From NCBI RefSeq assembly GCF_002105155.1, contig NW_019028980.1:1612001-1676000 (forward strand): a stretch of 64,000 bases of DNA. The letters are read 5' to 3'. The stretch comes from Lobosporangium transversale. Its lineage: Eukaryota. Shown in pieces: positions 39,976 to 49,682 of this stretch. The stretch's first letter is position 1; the number at the start of each line of letters is the position of its first letter. The position numbers and the translations under genes were made by a program. Below the pieces are notes generated by a model. The model was not told where the DNA came from. It did no database searches and saw only the letters and a list, made by a program, of their open reading frames with translations.

Positions 39976-40179
39976 TGTCAAATTTAAATAAAATAAATAT
40001 ATATATATATATATATATAAAAGAGATGCAAAAGTAACATCAATAACGGCATCAACGGCTTGTTCAGCTCGCACTGGTTCGGGCAGACGCAATTAAAAAG
40101 CTTACAGAATTGTTGTAAAAAACTGTTGGTAAATAGATACTTTCATTTAGATCCATAACAAGACAGAAATAGATGTAGG

Positions 40180-40420
40180 AATGTAAATTGATGGCTTGTT
40201 GAACTCAGGGACTGACACATCTGCTGTTGGGTTTTTAGTATCTGGCTAGCGAGTGGAGGTTTTCGCAATGTCTTTGAGGTATGAGGCCTGCTATCTGGTA
40301 ATTGATCTAGGGAAGTAACATCTCGTTATCAGTTTGGAAACATACTCGCAGCAGCTCGAGCGCTACTCGCTGCATGGAAAATAACCTTTGAGGAACATGA
40401 GAGGCTGCGAACTATGACTA
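40180..40420 (+). pseudogene. Decayed coding fragment, possibly of a multicopy nuclease-like family
   Basis: Reads IDGLLNSGTDTSAVGFLVSG*RVEVFAMSLRYEACYLVIDLGK*, a protein-like pattern with stops. The family assignment is an impression only. Confidence 0.25.
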
Positions 40421-41978
40421 GTAGATCTGGCTAATCCATTAACGAGGAAATGGCAAAGAGGCACCTACCACACAACCCCTTTCAAGGTACCTGGGGTAAG
40501 AAGAGTCCCAAATTTTGCATGGACCGTAAAGACGGGCAATAAACCCTTTTGAGAACAGGACGATCTGAATAATACAGCTTAAATGTAGCTGCCAAGAGAA
40601 TGGAGTTTCAGGAATAAAGGAGTGTTCTACGACAAGCCAATGTAGACAGAAACGAGTGAGCCTAGTCATTATGGAGCTGTTCATTTGTAGGTCTTGCCAG
40701 CAAGGGCTCGATATCACTTGAATGGAAGAATTGAGGCTTACAATCTCTGATCAATGACAACCATTGAATGATGTCTAATCGCTATCCACATGTTGCGTCT
40801 GTCCCTGAATGATTTTGTGCCTTTATATTCTGTGTAACATTGTTGCACCTTACTTATTAGGAAAAATATAAAGATTAGTTGGATCTGAATTGCGACAGCG
40901 ACATCGCCAAGGTACATTGCTGTGGTTACAGCACAACGAGAAATGACTGAATTGTATGTAGATACCCACTAATTCCAGATCTTCCTCATAAAAATTATTG
41001 TAGATGTTGCTGTTAGTTTATGCCATGTGATTGAGGATAGGAGCTGGAGTTTGGGAATGAATAAAGTAAATGTAATATGGTGATCCTAGAAATCAACAGG
41101 TGTTCGATTCGAAGGTTTAGAAAAAAAAAAAAGCAAACGCGTCGAAGAGAATAAGAGTCCGTCCCCCAACATGATTATTATTGGTGTAAACTAAATGCAA
41201 CTCCAAACCAGAGTCTTCTTGCTACTCCTGTAGAGCAGAAATTCTTTTTCCCTCCCCCATTCTCTTTTCTGTCTTGATTTTAATCCTTATTTGTTTTTTT
41301 TGTATATATCCGAAATAAAACGATGTTGGCAAATAAATAAATAAAAAAAAATGAGTTCCTAGAAATACATCTTTATCAATGAACTCAGAGTATTCTTAAT
41401 GGATGGAAGAGCTGTGTTCCATGAGGCCTGATAGATCTGTAAACACTTTCGATCTGTTTGAGGAGACATACAGATGAAAGCGAGATGTCGTACTACGCTT
41501 TAAAAACTACTCTTTCTTAGAGCGCTGGTGGAACACAATTATTAATTTGTCTATAGACAAGTTTGTCGATGCTCATGGTTGACTGAAGAGGTTGGTAGAT
41601 GCACCCCTCGTAAATAGTTCTTATAAGAATTCTCCTGACAATACTGTATATTTCCGATCAGACAATTCGTGATCATCCTGATTTAAATCCACAACAGCAT
41701 CTGAAATATGGACCTAAAGTAGATTTATTATAAGATCTGTCGTTTATGCTTTCGGACATATTGATTACAACCCCAAACAAGAACCCATCCACCTAAAACC
41801 GTGCCATGCTATATCAGCTCATATATAACACAGGAGATGGACATCTACAAGAGTGATTAATTAGACAGGGACTACACATCTCTTGGTAGAGCGGCACAAT
41901 AGTAATATGTAAAGCACCCTTGACACGAATAGCCACCTTTCTTGATGATCGACATCGAGTGCTCTCTTGAGAATAAGC

Positions 41979-42012
<34 letters not shown>

Positions 42013-42575
42013 CCGCAGGACGGTAGGGAGAAGGACATATCGTCCGCATGCACTCCCTATTCCCCTTTGTCTCCCTTCCTCTTTTCATTTAATGGTGTTT
42101 AGATTAATATGCACGCGATCATTCGGGCGAGGATAGATGCGCCACTTTTTTTTTTTTCTCTCATGCTTTCAAGTGTAGAGCGTTAACATTGTTCATTTAA
42201 GAATAGCCAGCTACTTGTGTGGCAAAGCATTATTAGGCATTATGTTGGATGGTAGTTAGCCGGCAGCACAGTTGTGGGGCGTTGACTGTTAGCATAATCT
42301 CCTGAGATTCAGCTGTTATACAAGATCAGAAGGAGTATAGAGCATACAGTCAGTCAGACAAATGGTACAAACAAGTAGCTAGAAGGAGCATGATTTCTTT
42401 CACTTTCATCAGATCGATATTCAGCCTCATTATCAAAAGTATGAATTGTCCAAACCTTTTTTTGCATATTGATGTGGATATTTGGTGGCTTGGTTTGTTT
42501 TCTGATCTTTATTTTTAAGGGTGCTTACCTTTTCAGTATCCAATAAAAATGGGCCCTGAAGAAGTGATTCTTCCC

Positions 42576-42955
42576 TAGGCTCGGTGCCATCCTGTCTGCA
42601 AAGCGGCAAGCCACCAATCACCGTTCCATAAATGGAAGGCGGGCTCTCTACTTTGCAGACAGGCTGGTCTCATATCGAAATTTTTTGAGGGAGCGCTCAA
42701 AAAGGAAAGGTTATATTTTCTCAATTAGAATAGCAAACCAATTCAATCCGCGCGCTTGAACATGAGGCTTTGTTCTTGAAGTTCTTCGATTGAATTGAGT
42801 TTACTATTTTAAAAATATAACCTTTCCTTTTTGAGCGCTCCCTCAAAAAATTTCGATATGAGACCAGACTGTCTGCAAAGTAGAGAGCCCGCCTTCCATT
42901 TATGGAACGGTGATTGGTGGCTTGCCGCTTTGCAGACAGGATGGCACCGAGCCTA
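42576..42955. mobile_element. MITE/foldback element, 144-bp TIRs, 9-bp TSD (Mutator-like by TSD length)
   Basis: Arms 42576-42719 and 42812-42955 are reverse complements with one mismatch seen. Flanked by the direct repeat ATTCTTCCC at 42567-42575 and 42956-42964. Confidence 0.92.
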
Positions 42956-43622
42956 ATTCTTCCCTGTAGCCTCAGACAAACCTGGATTCTATCTCCACCT
43001 GGCTGGCCCATCCTCGAAGTGATTTAGGGAACCTTTAACCAATTTAGGAGTTTGTATTAAAACGTTCTTCTCCTTCTTCCTTTGCTCTCATTCATTATTT
43101 CCCTGAATTTATTTGTCTTCCTCGACAATGCTATTAATACCAATGAAAAGGAGAGCCATGTGTGTGAGATGGTGCTTTTTTTCTTTTTTCATTTTTTTTA
43201 CTGCAGGTACGGTACGATACGAAATGAAATGACCATGCACATCATGTGTACTACATGTAGTACAAAAAAAAAAAAAAAAAAAAAAAGTCGCGTTCTTGTT
43301 TTGGTCCCCTCCTCTCCTTCTTTAAAGGAGAGCTTTTTCCTTCCCCGCTATCCGCCATCCGTCAAACGGTATCCAGGCTTCTTGGCATTTTGCACTCATT
43401 ATGTTTGAATATTAATCCAAAGAAAGATCCAGTACCAGCATCACTCCTTGGAAGAAGGGAGCGGCATTAACAGCCAGATCTTCTTCTAAAAAAAAAAAGA
43501 AAAAAAGATATAAAAACAAATCCTTCATCCAATTTATTTTTTCTCCATCCCACAACAGTCTTTACAGCTTCCACGGCCTCTTCCACAGTAACCTCTCCTT
43601 TCCCCGTCTTTATTAACTGAAA

Positions 43623-44306
43623 ATGAGAATCTTTTCCTTTGTTCCCGCCGTCTTGGCCCTCAGTGTCTTCTCTGCCGCTCAGGCTGCTCCTGCGTTGATA
43701 ACGCCCCGTGATAACTTGGACGCTGTTATCGGCATCTTTGTCGGCGCTCAAACAAAGATCATGGCTGATGTCGCGGCCAAGATCACCGCCGACGTCTGCG
43801 CTGATGTCAACATCGAAGCCAATGCCAAAGTCGTCGTTCTTGGCGGTCTCCTCACCACCACTATAGATGTTGAAAAGATCAGCCTCAATGTGAAGGCCAA
43901 ACTCGATGCTGATATCAAGCTCTATGTCGATGCTGCCGTCAAGGCCACTGTCCTTGTTCCCATCAGAGCCATCGTCTCCAGAGTCGTCCTCAACCTCTGC
44001 CCTCTCCTTGAAAATGAGTGTATCAAGCGAAACGCCCATAACATCGTCGTTGCTGTCAATGCTGAGATTGATGTTTGCCTTGATAATTTGTTTGTCGAGC
44101 TCAAGGTTAAACTTCCTATCCATATCCATGCTCGTGCTAAGATTATTATTCGTGAACTCACCCTCAATGCCGGTATTGCAACTGCTGCCATTCGTGCTCG
44201 TATCTTCATTTCCGCCAAAATTGATGCCCATATCAAGGCCTGGATTAATCTCTGGGTCAATCTCTGCGCCAAGCTCCAATTGGCTGCTGACATTGGTCTC
44301 TTATAA
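43623..44306 (+). CDS. Secreted Ala/Val/Ile-rich hypothetical protein
   Basis: 227 aa, intronless, with signal peptide MRIFSFVPAVLALSVFSAAQA-AP, strong C/T-ending codon bias and several Cys. Confidence 0.8.
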   Translation: MRIFSFVPAVLALSVFSAAQAAPALITPRDNLDAVIGIFVGAQTKIMADVAAKITADVCADVNIEANAKVVVLGGLLTTTIDVEKISLNVKAKLDADIKLYVDAAVKATVLVPIRAIVSRVVLNLCPLLENECIKRNAHNIVVAVNAEIDVCLDNLFVELKVKLPIHIHARAKIIIRELTLNAGIATAAIRARIFISAKIDAHIKAWINLWVNLCAKLQLAADIGLL

Positions 44307-44589
44307 AAAAACCATGTCCCCATTTTGTACATGACTGTATTGCTACTTCTTTCCCATTTCGTACTATCTATTATCATTCAATAAATATAACGTATTTTTT
44401 TTCTTTTTTAATTTTCTCTCTTATGCACTCAACACACTCAGAGTTGAGGCTCTATCCTTTTTTCTTTTCTTTCTTATAGCGGTGAACAAAAAAAAAGAGG
44501 TTGATATTGAAAGAGAGGTAAAAAAAACGGATGAATTTATTGAACAGATAGATGTATTTCTCTTTGTTTTCTTCTTTTCTTTGCGTTAC

Positions 44590-47281
44590 TTAAAAGTTCT
44601 TGGTGAACTCAGTGGTAATATCCTTAAGCTTGGCGAAGGACTCGGCGCTCAGATCACCAGACTTGCGGATCTCCTCGAGGAGATCCTTGTGGTTAGAGAC
44701 CAAATGAGGAATGAACTGACGCTCGTACTCGCCAACACGGTTGACAGGGATCTTGTCAAGGAAACCATTGACACCAGCAAAGACGATAGCGACCTGGTGC
44801 TCAACAGGGAGAGGCTTGTACTGAGGCTGCTTGAGCAACTCTGTAAGACGGGCACCACGGTTCAACAAGAACTGGGTGGAAGCATCCAAATCGGAACCAA
44901 ACTGGGCGAAGGCAGCGACCTCACGATATTGAGCAAGGTACAACTTCATGGAACCAGCAATCTTCTTCATGGACTTGGTCTGAGCGTGAGATCCGACACG
45001 GGAGACGGAAAGACCGACGTTAATGGCGGGACGGATACCCTTGAAGAACAACTCAGCCTCCAAGAAGATCTGTCCATCAGTAATGGAAATGACATTGGTG
45101 GGAATGTAAGCAGACACATCTCCTCCCTGAGTCTCAATAATGGGAAGGGCAGTCATGGAACCACCACCGAGCTTGCGGTTCATCTTGGCAGAACGCTCCA
45201 AAAGACGGGAGTGAAGATAGAAGACATCTCCGGGGTAGGCCTCACGACCTGGGGGACGACGAAGCAAAAGAGACATCTGACGGTAAGCAACGGCCTGCTT
45301 GGAAAGATCATCGAAAACGATCAAGGAGTGCTTGCCGTTATCACGGAAGTACTCTCCGACAGCGCATCCAGAGAAAGGAGCGAGGTACTGAAGAGGAGCA
45401 GCCTCAGAGGCAGTGGCAGCAACGACAACAGAGTACTTCATGGCATCATTCTCCTCAAGGGTCTGGACGAACTGGGCGACAGTGGAACGCTTCTGACCGA
45501 CAGCGACGTACACACAGTACAACTTCTTGACTTCATCAGTGCCGTCGTTCCACTTCTTCTGGTTAAGGATGGTATCCAAAGCAACAGAGGTCTTTCCGGT
45601 CTGACGATCTCCAATAATCAACTCACGCTGACCACGTCCGACAGGGACCATGGAGTCAATACACTTGATACCAGTCAACATAGGCTCACGGACGGACTCA
45701 CGAGGGAGAATACCGGGGGCCTTGACCTGAGCACGGCGACGCTCAGTAGCGGCAATGGGACCCTTGCCATCGATGGGGTTACCGAGAGCATCAATGACAC
45801 GGCCCAAAAGAGCCTCACCGACGGGAAGATCAACAATGTTACCAGTACGCTTGACGGTATCACCCTCACGAATGAGACGATCGTTACCGAAGACGACAAT
45901 ACCGACGTTGTCGGCTTCCAAGTTCATGGCCATACCCTATATAAAGCATTAAAAGCAAAACAATATATTTGTCAATGATCCAATGATCGTGTCACGTCTA
46001 GTTCATACTAAGCGTGCATTTCTGATTTGCACTCGAGTTACGCCTTTCCAAGTATATAAGCTTGCTTTTTACCTTGACACCGCTGGAGAATTCAACCATC
46101 TCCTCGGCCTGGCAGTTCTTCAAACCATAAACACGGGCAATACCGTCTCCAATGGACAAGACACGACCGGTCTCCTGGATATCGACGGATGAGTTGAGGC
46201 CGTTGATGCGATCCTCAAGGATCGAGGTGACCTCAGAAGTGGCTATGATAGTTTACATATAATGTTTAAGTTGAGAATGAATCGTACATATAAAGAACAC
46301 TGCTCTAATACGCAATAAAAATAATAAAAATAAAAGGTTACATACCAGGCTTGGCGGTGGCATAGTTGCGGATGGCAGAGAAGGCACCGACATTGGCGCG
46401 AACCTATCGACAATAAACAAGTTATAAAAGTGTAAATTTGCTCAATATCAGTATCCACTAGTAAAAAAGCGCGTGTTGCGTGGAAAAAGAGGGAGAGAGT
46501 CGTATGTGGATGAATGTAAAATTTGCTGATCGCTCAGATCGAGCCCTGTATATTTTGGAGATCCGACTGGTCCCGATCGAGAGATCCATCAACGGATGAA
46601 CCAATATGGCTCCAGAGAGAATGATGTGAGCAACATGCAACCAGAATGGGCTACACTGATTTCATTTCACTAGTCATTGTTAAATTCGTAATGTGTTGTG
46701 ATCGCTCAATTGGGTCCATATTATGATCACAGCGTAAAAGACGATGTTTTTTTCCTCAGGCACAATAGAGTCACATTGACGAACGTTATCATCAATACGG
46801 ATGTACTGGACTTTGGAAGAAGAGATATTTCACTCAGTTAAGTAGAATATTACAAGACAATGAGTGTAGTTGATATGATGATTTAGGTCAACAAATGTTA
46901 GGTGATCAATCAAAGTGCCTGTCTCAGAGCGTGATGCTCCTGGTCAGATGACGAGAATACTCGAAGGTATGATTATAACGGATGAAGCAAAAGTACATAA
47001 AGAGTGATGCGTAAACCGAAATAAGATTAAGTGTACAATGGTTATGTTGAGAGGATTATTGGTGGCGACGAGAGTTGGAGAGTCCATTAGGGGTGATTGC
47101 GGGAGAAAAAGAGAGAAAGAGACAAATCATAGTTGCAAGCGTGGTAACGAGAATGAATAATTGGATGTGAGAGTCGAGGTAAAAGTGAGCGGTTGGGTGA
47201 AGAAGAGATACATACCACGGGGGAGCTGCGAGCCAAGGCGATGGCAGCGGGGCGAGCAGCGCGGCTGAGAGATCTAAGCAT
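44590..47281 (-). CDS. ATP1: Mitochondrial F1 ATP synthase subunit alpha
   Basis: Presequence exon 47281-47216 ([13 protein letters not shown]), then exons 46403-46346, 46242-46073 and ~45936-44590. Motifs [31 protein letters not shown] and [12 protein letters not shown]. Confidence 0.97.
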
Positions 47282-47599
47282 GGTGATGATGCGTGATGGG
47301 AGAGGGGAGAGGATAAAGGAGGAAGAGATGAATCTCGTTACAAAGTAAGGTAGGATATACAAAAACGCTTTCGATGAGATTTGTCTCTCCTCTTCCGGGC
47401 CAAAACAGAAAGTTGCAACGTCACTCTTTATTTTTTGTGCATTTAGAGAATTGGCAATTGAGGGAAGCTGCCCAATCAGAAAAATTCATGCAAGAACTTT
47501 AATGCCTACTAGCCCACTTCCGCGCACCATAAATCTAGTATTGCTATAAAGCTATGTCGCTTCTGCACGAAGCGCGAGTTTTACGGCCGGCATAGTTCA

Positions 47600-49000
47600 G
47601 GAGGCCATACTTGATGTATAATCAGGTGATGTGTCTGTCACCCGAGCTATGTTGTCTCCTAGTGGGAACTGCGACATACGATGACGCGACCAACTAAGTT
47701 TCCAACGTTTTTGCATCTGCAGCACACCATCGAAGTGTGCCATTCATCAGCACACAGGATATTCAGCCAAAATGGTTTTACCTATCACCAATATAAAATA
47801 ACTTGGTCGCTGCTGTTTTCTTTTAATAAGCGTGTGATCCAAGTTGTTGCTATTACCTTTTTTATAAGGAGAGAAATAAAGCAAACTCACTATCACCCAT
47901 GACAAACAGTAACTGAATGGGGCCCTTTGATGACTTTCCTTTACACCCTGCTGCAACCACTGTTCTATCGATTCCTTTGTTCTCAATAGCTGTCAGTGCC
48001 TACCTGAGATGAAACCGTTTGATTTTGACCATTGTGGTGCATAGAAATCCCTATGCGGCCCTTAAACCAGAAGAACAGAGTGAATGTGAAGCTCAATAGA
48101 CTGTTGTAAATGCTCCCGCGGACTCTCTTGCTGCCCAGCTTCTGATATAGGGGGTTCGATGGCTTTAATCTTGCTTTCAATCACATCTATTCCCGCCTTC
48201 CTCTTCGCACCTTCAAGATCCCGAAGGCACTTTCTAGTTAGGTAAGCGTGGGACCTTTGTGATGTAGTGATGTTTACTGAATGAATGGCATTGTCTAAGC
48301 TCATTACAAAGCAGGCCGCAGTACTTTTGATCTCTGGGTCAATCCCGACTACTACCGGTTGATTCTAATCCTTAATAACCTCGTCAACGCTAGCAGCGCC
48401 TCCCAGCATCTGCTTGACGTCTTGTAGCTTCGACCGTGTGGTGTCTGGTATTTTTTTCGGATGAGGTTGGCTTTGCTGTCTGCTCCAGAGAGCGCCCTAG
48501 AGTCTTTAGTTCGTAGCCATTCGTCACAATCGAGCCTCTCAATAAGTACTTTTCCTACTCAGTGCCGTTATCGATATTGGATCTCTGCTCTATGGGACTC
48601 TTTAGACGGGACTTAATAAACTTTTAAAATCATTTTTAGCTCCAAGAAATGCTGCTTTACCGGCGCGGCGTAATTTCTCCATTTGGCTATTGAAATCATT
48701 GTCGAGGTTAAGTAGGGCTCGATCAGGTGGCATTTGAGAGCTGGGGTTGGGAAGGCATACACTGCGAGTCTAATTAAGATTCTTACTGAACAATAACCGA
48801 TACATCAACTCTCCTAGGTGATCCGCGGAATGTCTCAATGCGTCCTTCCACGATTTAAACGTATACTTCAAGCAATCCTTGAGATCTTTTGGCTGTCCAC
48901 CGAGCAGGGCTTTCAATAGAGACTCCCTCGTAATCGTAAAGAGGCTTCTTTGAACCCACAAATTTTAATGCCATTCTTACTCGCAAGAGGACATCTGACT
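47600..49000 (-). pseudogene. Decayed Fanzor/TnpB-like RNA-guided nuclease gene (RuvC + zinc finger)
   Basis: Minus-strand motifs in the expected order across stops and frameshifts: YLLRGSIVTNGYELK (~48550-48505), VVVGIDP (Asp 48340-48338), RDFYA, LFVMGDSEF (~47910-47884), ILCADEWHTSMVCCRC (DE 47748-47743) and GDNIARV (~47659-47639). Confidence 0.72.
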
Positions 49001-49381
49001 AAATGATTGAAAAAATGGATTGATATTTAGACGTGTGGGGGACCAACTTCGCCTCTTTCTTGAATAGGGAAATGACTGCATGTAGTCTATCTGGATATAA
49101 GGATCCCAGTGGCCCAGTACCATAACGGTCTATATCCTCCTCCCCCTTAAGTGATGGAAGAAGATGTCTTCGCCATCAACACATTTTTACCTCTTTTACC
49201 CCACTCACAAATCATGGTAGAGCTGAAACACCCTGTCCGGCTATGAACGGACGTCGCAACACGGAGTTGAGAGATGGTTGGCGTATGAATTTGTTTTAGG
49301 CGCTGCCACCTACAGTTTCACCCGGTTTTGAGGTTTTTGTGATAGTTCGAGCCATTGATTGCTCTATCCAACACTCCACGC

Positions 49382-49500
49382 CAGAGATCTGTGCTGCGCT
49401 CTTTTTGGTTAGATCTTTCAAATAGAAATATGCTTTGTTTAACAAAATTCTCGTAGTTGAAAAAAAGGACTAACCAAAAAGAGCGAACAACGGATCTCTG
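49382..49500. mobile_element. Small hAT-like MITE (CAG...CTG ends, ~37-bp imperfect TIRs, 8-bp TSD)
   Basis: cagagatctgtgctgcgctctttttggttag versus the reverse complement of 49464-49500. Flanks ctccacgc (49374-49381) and ctccacac (49501-49508). Confidence 0.7.
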
Positions 49501-49682
49501 CTCCACACATTGACACAGTTAAAGTTTATGTTGGAGGTGATGGCCTTTAGTTCCCCTTCTTTCTTCTTCTTCCTCCTTTTTCCTTCCCCTTCTATCCTTC
49601 TTCTTCTCTTGCCCATCCTACCTTACTGCATTCATTTCTTATCCATTACCCTCCATCGCTCCATTCTTTCTATTCTCAAACA

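Noticed and set aside
43467..44279. 270-aa Asp/Gly-rich minus-strand ORF
   Set aside because: Antisense shadow of the secreted-protein gene, which has the signal peptide and typical codon usage.
44482..45978. 498-aa plus-strand ORF antisense to ATP1
   Set aside because: Mirror frame of a highly codon-biased gene. It begins in low-complexity sequence and ends at the ATP1 intron.
46404..47215. Long first intron of ATP1 as a snoRNA host
   Set aside because: TGATGA and CTGA words occur, but not with convincing spacing or terminal stems.
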